Shown one piece after another: positions 20,828 to 29,737 of a stretch of 64,000 nucleotides of DNA (position 1 is its first letter; every line of letters starts with the position of its first letter). Source of the stretch: an uncultured Acidimicrobiia bacterium (lineage in GTDB: Bacteria > Actinomycetota > Acidimicrobiia > Acidimicrobiales > JACDCH01); NCBI GenBank assembly GCA_963802415.1, contig CAWDIH010000001.1:225397-289396 (forward strand). Direction: 5' to 3'. The position numbers and the translations under genes are program-made. The notes beneath the pieces were generated by a model that saw only the letters and a list, made by a program, of their open reading frames with translations, was not told where the DNA came from and did not search any database.

Positions 20828-21485
20828 GTGCCGAGACTCCGCGAGATTCCAAAGTCCGAAGCCAGCGCGCCCATCGTCGTGTCGATGTACAAGCGACTGT
20901 TCGGTGACCGGGACCCGGTCGCCCAGCCGGGTACGTCGACGGGCACGCCCGGCGACTGGTGGACGGTGTTCGCCAACTCGCCCGACGTGATGGAGCACAC
21001 GTGCCGCGGCTTCGCGCTGTACGCAAGCCCCGATCGCAAGGTTGCGCCGGAGCTCCGCGAGCTCGGCCAGACCCGCGGCGGATGGCTCGTCGGCAGTCAA
21101 TTCGTGTTCTCACAGCATTGCAAGTCGTTGCCGCGCCCTCGGCTACTCGGAGGAGAAGATCGAGGCGTTGAAGGCGTGGCAGGTGTCGGATCTGTTCTCG
21201 CCAGTCGAGCGCGCACTCCTCGCGTACACCGATGCGCTGGTACTCGGGTTCGGTCGCGTCGATGATGCCGTCTTCGATGCGCTGAAGGATCACATGACCG
21301 ACGAGGCGATCCTCGAGTTCACCTACATCACGATGATGTACTCGATGCACGCGGTCATCTCGCGCGCGCTGCGCCTCGAATACGACGAACGCGACGACCC
21401 GATCATCGAGATCGCTGCCCCTGCCGATTACGAAGCGGAGAACCTCGGACGTCAGATCGGCTACGGGCTCGAAGAGAAGGAGTGA
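20828..21485 (+). CDS. Carboxymuconolactone decarboxylase/AhpD-like protein, frameshift near 21128
   Basis: 'LRELGQTR...SQFVFSQHCKS' continues as 'CRALGYSEEKI...ERALLAYTD' in the next frame. Confidence 0.82.
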
Positions 21486-21522
21486 GCGATCAAGGCCCGC
21501 TCAGCGGTGTGGGGGTGACGGC

Positions 21523-22212
21523 ATGAGCACGACGTCCGACGCCGTCGGCGCCGCCCACGCGTACTCGCGGGTCCGGGCGGCGATAGTCGAGAACCGGTAC
21601 CCACCCGGTCATCGGTTGGTCGAGCAGCGCATCGCCGAGGAGCTCGGCTTGTCGCGCACCCCCGTGCGCGAGGCGCTGCGGATGCTCGAGGCCGAGGGAC
21701 TCGTCGTAAGCGAGCGAAATCGTGGCGCGATGGTTCGCCCGCTCTCCGAGACCGAGATCGTCGACCTCTACGGGCTCCGGATCCGGCTCGAGTCCTACGC
21801 CGTCGAGATCGCGACGGAACGAATCACCGAGCCCGAGCTGGGCGCTCTCGCCGATGCCGCAGACTCGTTCGGTGAGGTGCGCCGGACCACGGACGTCGAC
21901 TCCGTCGAAGGCGCGCGGATGCTCCACGAAGCGAACCGGTGCTTCCACGACGGGATCCTCGCGGCCGCCCGCCACCACCGGCTGGCCGCGATGCTCGCTC
22001 GCACGGTCGACACACCCCTTGTGTTTCAGGCGTTCCGATCGTTCACCGCAGCGGAGATCGAGCGCTCTGACATGTTCCACCACCTCATCGTCGACGCGAT
22101 GTGTCGGCGCGATGCCAACCGCGCGTCGGCGTTGATGGCGGAACACATCGCGCAGGGCCGCGACGCGGTTCTCGACGCCATGGCGTGGACCGACGCCAAC
22201 GTCGACAGCTGA
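21523..22212 (+). CDS. GntR family regulator (FCD domain)
   Basis: HTH 'LVEQRIAEELGLSRTPVREAL'; FCD motifs 'NRCFH' and 'MAEHI'. Confidence 0.93.
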   Translation: MSTTSDAVGAAHAYSRVRAAIVENRYPPGHRLVEQRIAEELGLSRTPVREALRMLEAEGLVVSERNRGAMVRPLSETEIVDLYGLRIRLESYAVEIATERITEPELGALADAADSFGEVRRTTDVDSVEGARMLHEANRCFHDGILAAARHHRLAAMLARTVDTPLVFQAFRSFTAAEIERSDMFHHLIVDAMCRRDANRASALMAEHIAQGRDAVLDAMAWTDANVDS

Positions 22213-22274
22213 GCGGCGCAACCCAGCGAACTTCGGGTCGAATCGTCATCCCGCTCACGCCCAGCACATCGAGG

Positions 22275-22290
22275 TGTGATAGTTCTCACG
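22275..22290. promoter_or_regulatory. CRP/GlxR-type box upstream of the rhamnose operon
   Basis: TGTGA-TAGTTC-TCACG matches 9/10 positions of TGTGA-N6-TCACA and lies 22 nt before the rhaI ATG. Confidence 0.6.
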
Positions 22291-22312
22291 ATCTCACACA
22301 CGAGGAGCGGCG

Positions 22313-23485
22313 ATGGCCACCTTCGATCAGATCGCGGCGGAGTTGGAGCGGCAGGAGATCGAGCTGCCGTCGTGGGCGTTCGGCAACTCGGGGACGCGCT
22401 TCAAGGTGTTCGCGCAAGCCGGTGTGCCGCGCGACCCGTTCGAGAAGATCACGGACGCCGCGCAGGTGCACATGCACACCGGCCTGGCGCCGTCGGTGGC
22501 GTTGCACATTCCATGGGATCGCGTCGACGACTTCGACAAGCTTCGCCGTCATGCCGAGGATCTGGGTTTACGGCTCGGGACGATCAACACGAACACGTTC
22601 CAGGACGATGACTACAAGCTCGGAAGCTTGTGCCATCTCGACGAGCGAGTCCGGCAGAAGGCGATCGCGCACATGCACGAGTGCATCGAGATCATGGATG
22701 CGACCGGGAGCCGCGATCTCAAGATCTGGCTACCCGATGGCCTCAACTATCCCGGACAGGGCGACCTGCGCGACCGGCAGGAGCGGCTCGCGGACTCCTT
22801 GCAGAACGTGTACGAGCGTCTTGGTGGACACCAGCGTCTCGTCCTCGAGTACAAGTTGTTCGAGCCCGCGTTCTATGCGACCGACGTGCCCGACTGGGGC
22901 ACCGCGTACGTTCACTGCGTTGCCCTGGGCGAGCGCGCCGTCGTGTGCCTTGACACCGGACACCACGCGCCGAGTACGAACATCGAGTTCATCGTCATGC
23001 AGCTGCTGAGGCTCGGACGGCTGGGCGCGTTCGACTTCAACTCGCGGTTCTACGCGGACGACGATCTCGTGGTCGGCGCCGCCGATCCGTTCCAGCTCTT
23101 CCGCATCCTGTTCGAGGTCGTACGCGGTGGCGGCTACCCGGGGAACGCCGAGAACACGGTGAGCTTCATGCTCGACCAGTGCCACAACATCGAAGCCAAG
23201 ATCCCCGGCCAGATCCGCTCTGTGCTGAACGTGCAAGAGATGACGGCGCGGGCGTTACTGGTCGACCGCGACGCCCTGCGCGGCGCAGAGCGCACCGGTG
23301 ACGTGCTCGCCGCCAACGGAGTCCTGATGGACGCGTTCTACACCGACGTACGCGCTGACCTGGCTACCTGGCGCGCGTCGCGTGGTCTGCCGGCTGACCC
23401 CATGGCCTCGTACGCGGCGAGCGGCTACCAGCAGCGCATCGTCGCCGACCGTGTCGGCGGCGAGCAGGCGGGATGGGGCGCGTGA
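22313..23485 (+). CDS. rhaI: L-rhamnose isomerase (actinobacterial type)
   Basis: Motifs 'ELPSWAFGNSGTRFKVF', 'LHIPWD', 'EYKLFEP', 'DTGHH' and 'MLDQCHNIE'; SD GAGGAG. Confidence 0.95.
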   Translation: MATFDQIAAELERQEIELPSWAFGNSGTRFKVFAQAGVPRDPFEKITDAAQVHMHTGLAPSVALHIPWDRVDDFDKLRRHAEDLGLRLGTINTNTFQDDDYKLGSLCHLDERVRQKAIAHMHECIEIMDATGSRDLKIWLPDGLNYPGQGDLRDRQERLADSLQNVYERLGGHQRLVLEYKLFEPAFYATDVPDWGTAYVHCVALGERAVVCLDTGHHAPSTNIEFIVMQLLRLGRLGAFDFNSRFYADDDLVVGAADPFQLFRILFEVVRGGGYPGNAENTVSFMLDQCHNIEAKIPGQIRSVLNVQEMTARALLVDRDALRGAERTGDVLAANGVLMDAFYTDVRADLATWRASRGLPADPMASYAASGYQQRIVADRVGGEQAGWGA

Positions 23486-25476
23486 CGGTCGTCGACGACC
23501 TCCTCGTGCGATCGCATCGGCTCGGTGCAGACCGCCGAACCACCAACTACGCGGGCGGTAACACCTCGGCCAAGGCCACCGACGTCGACCCCGTCACCGG
23601 CGAGGACGTCGAACTGCTCTGGGTCAAGGGCTCCGGCGGCGATCTCGGCACGCTCACCGAGGCTGGCCTCGCCGTTCTTCGCCTCGATCGACTTCGATCG
23701 CTCGTCGACGTGTATCCGGGCGAGGCGCGAGAGGACGAGATGGTGGCAGCGTTCGACTTCTGCCGCCACGGGCTCGGCGGCGCGGCACCGTCGATCGACA
23801 CCGCGATGCACGCCCTCGTGACCGCGACGCACGTCGACCATCTGCACCCCGACAGCGGCATCGCCATCGCCACCGCGGTCGACGGCGAGCACCTCACCAA
23901 GGACATCTACGGCGACAAGGTCGTGTGGGTGCCGTGGCGGCGGCCCGGTTTCCAGCTCGGGCTCGACATCGCCGCGGTGCAGCGCGCCGACGCAGAGATC
24001 GTCGGGGTGATCCTGGGCGGGCACGGCATCACCGCCTGGGGTGCGACGAGCGACGAGGCGGAGCAGAACAGTCGCTGGATCATCGACACCGCGCAGGCAT
24101 ATCTCGATGAGCACGGCGAACCGGAGCCGTTCGGTCCGATCGTCGACGAGCGCCGTCCGCTCCCTCCCGAGGAGCGGCGCAGGGTGGCAGCTCGGCTTGC
24201 GCCAAGGTTGCGCGCCATCGCCTCACACGACGCCCGCATGGTCGGCCACTTCGACCACAGCGACGTGGTGCTCGACTTCCTCGCTCGCGAGAAGCTCGAT
24301 GAGCTCGTGCCCCTCGGCACTTCGTGTCCCGACCACTTCCTGCGCACGAAGATCAAGCCACTGGTCGTCGACGCGACCGCGATCGATGACGAACTGGCGG
24401 AGGTACACCAGCGGTACCGCGACGACTACCGCGCCTACTACGAACGGAACGCTTCAAGGGACTCGCCACCGATGCGGGGCGCGGATCCCGCGATCATCCT
24501 CGCGCCGGGCGTCGGCATGTTCTCCTACGGGCGCGACAAGCAGACCGCACGCGTCGCAGGCGAGTTCTACGTCAACGCGATCAACGTGATGCGCGGTGCC
24601 GAGTCGGTGTCGACGTACACGCCGATCGACGAGTGCGAGAAGTTCCGCATCGAGTACTGGGCGCTCGAGGAGGCGAAGCTGCAGCGGCTGCCGAAGCCGA
24701 AGCGTCACGCAGGACGCATCGCGCTCGTGACCGGCGGCGGCAGCGGCATCGGAAAGGCGATCACGGAGCGGCTCGTCGACGACGGCGCGTGCGTCGTGGT
24801 TGCCGACCTCGACATCGAGCACGTGGATGAAAGACCCGATCAGCTCGTGAGCGTGCGGACCGACGTGACCGACGCCGCATCCGTACACGACGCGATCGTC
24901 ACGGCGCTCATCGCCTTCGGCGGCATCGACCTCGTCGTCAACAATGCGGGCCTGTCGGTCTCAAAACCGTTGCTCGAGACGACCGAGCGCGACTGGGATC
25001 TCCAGCACGACGTGATGGCCAAAGGAAGCTTCCTCGTCGCTCGAGCGGCGGCCAGAGCCATGATCGACCAGCGACTCGGCGGCGACATCGTCTACATCGC
25101 ATCGAAGAACGCCGTGTACGCCGGACCGAACAATGTCGCGTACGGTGCGACCAAAGCCGACCAGGCGCACCAGGTCCGGCTCCTGGCGGCAGAGCTCGGC
25201 GAGCACGGCATCCGCGTCAATGGTGTCAACCCCGACGGCGTCGTCCGCGGGAGTGGCATCTTCGCCGCCGGATGGGGCGCGCAACGCGCTGCGGTCTACG
25301 GCGTGCCCGAAGACCAACTCGGCGCGTTCTACGCGCAGCGCACGCTCCTCAAGCGCGAGGTGCTTCCCGAGCACGTCGCCAATGCGGTCGCTGCACTGTG
25401 CTCGGACGAGTTCAGCCACACCACCGGGCTGCTGCTCCCCGTCGATGCCGGCATTGCCGCTGCCTTCCTGCGGTAG
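23482..25476 (+). CDS. rhaD: Bifunctional rhamnulose-1-phosphate aldolase / short-chain dehydrogenase
   Basis: 'NYAGGNTSAK', 'KGSGGDLG', 'PSIDT..H', 'HLHPD', 'CPDHFLRTK', 'EYWALEEAKL', then the SDR TGGGSGIG and YGATK. Confidence 0.95.
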   Translation: MTVVDDLLVRSHRLGADRRTTNYAGGNTSAKATDVDPVTGEDVELLWVKGSGGDLGTLTEAGLAVLRLDRLRSLVDVYPGEAREDEMVAAFDFCRHGLGGAAPSIDTAMHALVTATHVDHLHPDSGIAIATAVDGEHLTKDIYGDKVVWVPWRRPGFQLGLDIAAVQRADAEIVGVILGGHGITAWGATSDEAEQNSRWIIDTAQAYLDEHGEPEPFGPIVDERRPLPPEERRRVAARLAPRLRAIASHDARMVGHFDHSDVVLDFLAREKLDELVPLGTSCPDHFLRTKIKPLVVDATAIDDELAEVHQRYRDDYRAYYERNASRDSPPMRGADPAIILAPGVGMFSYGRDKQTARVAGEFYVNAINVMRGAESVSTYTPIDECEKFRIEYWALEEAKLQRLPKPKRHAGRIALVTGGGSGIGKAITERLVDDGACVVVADLDIEHVDERPDQLVSVRTDVTDAASVHDAIVTALIAFGGIDLVVNNAGLSVSKPLLETTERDWDLQHDVMAKGSFLVARAAARAMIDQRLGGDIVYIASKNAVYAGPNNVAYGATKADQAHQVRLLAAELGEHGIRVNGVNPDGVVRGSGIFAAGWGAQRAAVYGVPEDQLGAFYAQRTLLKREVLPEHVANAVAALCSDEFSHTTGLLLPVDAGIAAAFLR

Positions 25477-25483
25477 GAACCTG

Positions 25484-26830
25484 GTGCCAGTCTTCGCTGC
25501 TGTTGACGTAGGCGCGTCGGGAGGCCGCGTCATGCGTGGCACCGTCGACGGCGACGGCATCTCACTCGAAGGTGTCCATCGCTTTGCCAACGGTGTCGCC
25601 GACGTCGACGGCCACCTTCGCTGGGACTTCACCAGATTGCATCGTGAAGTTCTCGTCGGGCTCGAGCGCACCCCCGAGGCAGCGTCGGTCGGCGTCGACA
25701 CCTGGGGTGTCGACTATGGACTTCTCGACACCAACGGCGAACTGCTCGGTGAGCCCATCGCCTATCGCGATGAGCGCACGTCGAAGGAGATCGACGAGGT
25801 GCACGGTCTCGTTGGGCCCGAGGCGCTCTACGCGATGACCGGCATCCAGTTCTTGCCGTTCAACACCATCTATCAGCTCGCCGCTGAGCAGCGCGGCCCC
25901 CGCTGGGGGCGTGCGCGGCACGCGGTACTGCTGCCCGATCTGCTCGCGTACTGGCTCACCGGTGAGTTGCGTACCGAGCTCACGAATGCGTCGACCACGG
26001 GATTGCTCGACGCGCGAACGCGCGAGTGGTCGCCCGCGCTGTTCGAGCACCTTGACATCCCGCGTGACCTGTTCCCCGCGCTCCAGCCGCCCGGTGAGGT
26101 CCGCGGCACGACGGCGAGCGGGATGCGGGTGGTCACCGTCGGCTCGCACGACACCGCGTCCGCGGTCGCGGGCGTGCCGGCGACGACCGACCGCTTCGCC
26201 TACATCGCCAGCGGTACATGGTCGCTGGTCGGCGTCGAGCTGGGTTCGCCGGTTCTCACAGAGGCAGCGCGGCACGCGAACTTCACCAACGAGCTCGGCG
26301 TCGACGGCCGGACGCGATTCCTGCGCAACGTCGGCGGACTGTGGCTGCTGCAGGAGTGCCTGCGCGCATGGCAACGAGACGACATCTCCGCGCTGCTCGA
26401 CGCGGCGGGCGAGCTGCCTGCCGGGGGACCGCGCATCGACGTCGATGATCCCGGTTTCATTGCGCCGGGACAGATGCCGGAGCGCATCGCCGACGCGGCC
26501 GGCACGTCGATGACGCCTGTCCAGACGACACGCTGCATCGTCGACTCGCTCGCCGACGCCTATGCCCGTACGGTGCAGCAGGCAGTGGACCTGTCCGGTC
26601 GCGATGTCGACGTCATTCACATCGTGGGGGGCGGATCGCAGAACGTGTTGCTGTGCCAGCTCACCGCGGACGCCGCCGAGCTACCGGTGCTCGCCGGTCC
26701 CGTCGAGGCGACCGCGCTGGGCAACGTGCTGGTCCAGGCGCGCACCCACGGCGTCATGTCCAGCTCGCTCGAGGCGATCCGAGCTCGGCTCGCCGCTTCG
26801 ACCCGACCGCGGAGGTACCAACCGTCATGA
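25484..26830 (+). CDS. rhaB: Rhamnulokinase
   Basis: Motifs 'DVGASGGR', 'DTWGVDY', 'HDTASAV', 'SGTWSLVG' and 'GPVEATALGN'. Confidence 0.93.
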   Translation: MPVFAAVDVGASGGRVMRGTVDGDGISLEGVHRFANGVADVDGHLRWDFTRLHREVLVGLERTPEAASVGVDTWGVDYGLLDTNGELLGEPIAYRDERTSKEIDEVHGLVGPEALYAMTGIQFLPFNTIYQLAAEQRGPRWGRARHAVLLPDLLAYWLTGELRTELTNASTTGLLDARTREWSPALFEHLDIPRDLFPALQPPGEVRGTTASGMRVVTVGSHDTASAVAGVPATTDRFAYIASGTWSLVGVELGSPVLTEAARHANFTNELGVDGRTRFLRNVGGLWLLQECLRAWQRDDISALLDAAGELPAGGPRIDVDDPGFIAPGQMPERIADAAGTSMTPVQTTRCIVDSLADAYARTVQQAVDLSGRDVDVIHIVGGGSQNVLLCQLTADAAELPVLAGPVEATALGNVLVQARTHGVMSSSLEAIRARLAASTRPRRYQPS

Positions 26831-29166
26831 ATCCGTCCGAGCACGAGTGGCAGGCGAGGTGGATCGAACCGATGGAACCCGAGGACGGCCCTGACGCGCA
26901 GCGTCCCGCCTATCACCTCGCCGGCGAGTTCTCGATCGAAGGTGAGGTGGTGTCCGCGTCCTTGCTCGCGACGGCGCACGGCGTCTACGAGGCGTTCCTC
27001 AACGGCAGCCGCGTCGGCGATGACGAGTTGACTCCGGGCTTCACGGCGTACCGCAAGCGGATCCAAGTGCAGACGTACGACGTCGCCGACCTCGTCGTCC
27101 GAGGGGCCAACGCACTCGGCGCGCTCCTCAGCGATGGATGGTGGCGCGGCCAACACGGCATCGTCAGAGCCGTCGACACGTACGGGCAGACGACGGCGTT
27201 CCTCGCGGAGCTTCGCGTGACACTCCGATCGGGCGAGACGCTGGTCTTCGGCACCGACGGTTCGTGGCGATCGACGCCGAGCCACGTGCTGGCTGCCGAC
27301 CTCATCGCGGGCGAAGTCCACGATCTGCGCCGGCAGGTCCATGGTTGGTCTGCGGCGGGCACTGACCGCTCGGCATGGGACATCGTCCGCGTGGCAGATC
27401 ACAGCTACGAAGAACTGTGCACGCCGATCGGGCCACCGGTCCGGCGCGTGGACGTGTTGCCAGCGGTGACGGTCACGGAGATCGCGCCAGGACGGCACAT
27501 CGCCGACTTCGGTCAGAACAGCAACGGCTGGGTGCGCCTCACCGACCTCGGCCCCGAGGGCACCACGGTCACGCTGACGTACGGCGAAGCGCTCGACCCA
27601 CTCAGCGGTGACGTCACGCAGGAGAACGTGAAGCACGCCGGTTTCGCTGAACCCCGAACGGTTGCCCTGCCGTTCCAAACCGACGTCGTCACGTCGGCGG
27701 GCAATGGATCGGTGTTCGAGCCGCGGCACAGCACGAAAGGCTTCCGATACGTACGCATCGAAGGACAGCCCGGGTCGCTCGATCCGGCGTCGATCGCCAG
27801 CGTCGTCGTGCACAGCGATCTCCGCCGCATCGGCGACTTCGCCTGCTCGGACGGACGCATCAACCGGTTGCATCGAGTCGCGGTGTGGAGCTTCCGGGGG
27901 AACGCCTGCGACATCCCGACGGACTGCCCGACCCGTGAACGATCCGGTTGGGTCGGCGACTGGCAGCTGTACATCGACACGGCCGCGTACCTCTACGACG
28001 TCTTCGACTGGTCCGCGAAGTGGTTGCGGGATCTCGCCGCCGATCAACTCCCGAGCGGCGCGGTGACGAACATCGTCCCCGACCCGAGTCCTGATGCTCC
28101 GGTCTGGAGGAACGGCCACGGCTCGTCCGGCTGGGGTGATGCTGCCGTGCACGTCCCGCTGCAGCTGTATCGCGCCACGGGTCGCACCGACGTACTCGCG
28201 GACCAGTTCGACTCGATGAAGCGTTGGGTCGATTTCGCTGCCGAGCGCGCACTGCTCGGCCGTCACCCATCACGCGTCGAACGCAACCCTGACCCACTTC
28301 CGCACGAGCAGTACGTGTGGGACAGCGGCTGGCACTTCGGCGAATGGCTCGAGCCCGGCACCAACATGGACGGCATCTTCCGTGAGCTCCTCGTGGAGGA
28401 CCACGGCCCTGTAGCCACCGCCTACTTGTACCGATCGGCGCGCGAGCTCTCCGCCACCGCCGAGGTGCTTGGCGAAGCCGGCGCATCGGAGCAGTACGAC
28501 GAGCTCGCTGCCCACGTGCTCGACGCGTGGCGCACGGAGTTCATCGACGAGAAGGGTCACGTCCAGCCGGCCACGCAAGCGAACCTCGTGCGTGCGCTTG
28601 CGTTCGGCCTCGTCCCGGACGATCTTCGTCCTCAGACCGCCGACGACCTCGTGACGTTGATCCGCGCCGCGGGCACCCACCTCGCGACAGGTTTCCTGGC
28701 CACGCCCTTCCTGTTGCCGGTGCTGGCGGACGCAGGCCATCTCGATGTCGCGTACGCGCTGCTCTTCCAAGACACCGAACCGTCATGGCTGCGAATGTCC
28801 GAGAGTGGAACGACGACGATCTGGGAGGACTGGGATGGCGTCAAGCCTGACGGCACCGTGTCGCACTCGCTGAACCACTACAGCAAAGGCGCGGTCATCT
28901 CGTTTCTACACCGTTACGTAGCCGGGTTGCGGTTGGTCGAGCCGGGCTATCGCCATTTCCGCGTCGTACCGCAACCGGGCGGAGGCGTCACGTGGGCAGA
29001 GACCCACCACCACAGTCCCCACGGCCGAATCGACGTGCGATGGGAGCAGCACGACGACCGACTCGACGTTGTTGTGACGGTGCCTGCGGGCACCACGGCG
29101 GAGGTTGTGTTGCCCGACGGCGACACTCGGACCCTGACCGCCGGCCGCCACACCCTCTTCGGGTAG
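26827..29166 (+). CDS. Alpha-L-rhamnosidase (GH78)
   Basis: Motifs 'TAHGVYE', 'DFGQN', 'PTDCPTRERSGWVGD', 'TTIWEDW' and 'SLNHY'. Confidence 0.95.
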   Translation: MNPSEHEWQARWIEPMEPEDGPDAQRPAYHLAGEFSIEGEVVSASLLATAHGVYEAFLNGSRVGDDELTPGFTAYRKRIQVQTYDVADLVVRGANALGALLSDGWWRGQHGIVRAVDTYGQTTAFLAELRVTLRSGETLVFGTDGSWRSTPSHVLAADLIAGEVHDLRRQVHGWSAAGTDRSAWDIVRVADHSYEELCTPIGPPVRRVDVLPAVTVTEIAPGRHIADFGQNSNGWVRLTDLGPEGTTVTLTYGEALDPLSGDVTQENVKHAGFAEPRTVALPFQTDVVTSAGNGSVFEPRHSTKGFRYVRIEGQPGSLDPASIASVVVHSDLRRIGDFACSDGRINRLHRVAVWSFRGNACDIPTDCPTRERSGWVGDWQLYIDTAAYLYDVFDWSAKWLRDLAADQLPSGAVTNIVPDPSPDAPVWRNGHGSSGWGDAAVHVPLQLYRATGRTDVLADQFDSMKRWVDFAAERALLGRHPSRVERNPDPLPHEQYVWDSGWHFGEWLEPGTNMDGIFRELLVEDHGPVATAYLYRSARELSATAEVLGEAGASEQYDELAAHVLDAWRTEFIDEKGHVQPATQANLVRALAFGLVPDDLRPQTADDLVTLIRAAGTHLATGFLATPFLLPVLADAGHLDVAYALLFQDTEPSWLRMSESGTTTIWEDWDGVKPDGTVSHSLNHYSKGAVISFLHRYVAGLRLVEPGYRHFRVVPQPGGGVTWAETHHHSPHGRIDVRWEQHDDRLDVVVTVPAGTTAEVVLPDGDTRTLTAGRHTLFG

Positions 29167-29199
29167 ACGTCCTCGTCGCCGCGGCGCCAATCCGCCCGC

Positions 29200-29311
29200 C
29201 GCGCACATTGTCGGCTCAGCCACCGAAACAGGTGGCTGAGCCGACACAGAACGTCGGCCGATGAACTCTGTGTCTGCTGAGCCACGGGTCCGGTGGCTGA
29301 GTCGACACAGA
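29200..29311. repeat. REP/BIME-like double palindrome, copy 1
   Basis: Perfect 16-bp stem 29209-29224/29231-29246 plus a second related palindrome at 29267-29311. An inverted homolog lies at 50379..50490. Confidence 0.8.
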
Positions 29312-29444
29312 CGCATCACGGGCGGAGCTGGCGCCCTTGCCGAGCCGGGCGCCGTCCGGCGACACAGCGACGTAGCCGACGACAGCAAGATCGTGTCGTC
29401 GTCGCATGCGAGCTACACGATTCTGGAACACTCGACACGGACAC

Positions 29445-29720
29445 ATGCCACGGAGGTACCAACGATCACGTCGCAAAGGAGCACGGCTCCCCGCGGGCGC
29501 TGTCGTTGTGACGCGGCCGACCAAGTGGGGAAACCCGCATCCGTTGGAGCTCGGTCGCGCCGAGGCGATTCGCCGCTACCGAGAGGATCTGCTCGCGGGG
29601 CGATTGAACGTGACGGTCGCGGATGTCAAGCGCGAGCTTCGCGGGCGCGATCTCGCCTGTTACTGCCCACTCGACGAGCCGTGCCATGCCGACGTGCTGC
29701 TCGCCGTCGCCAACGACTGA
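29445..29720 (+). CDS. DUF4326 domain protein
   Basis: Motifs 'VVTRPTKWGNP' and 'LRGRDLACYCPLDEPCHADVLL'. Confidence 0.88.
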   Translation: MPRRYQRSRRKGARLPAGAVVVTRPTKWGNPHPLELGRAEAIRRYREDLLAGRLNVTVADVKRELRGRDLACYCPLDEPCHADVLLAVAND

Positions 29721-29737
29721 GAACGCGACGTCGAAGT

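Noticed and set aside
29200-29311. Palindromic repeats as a CRISPR array
   Set aside because: Only two units, no regular unique spacers and no cas genes.
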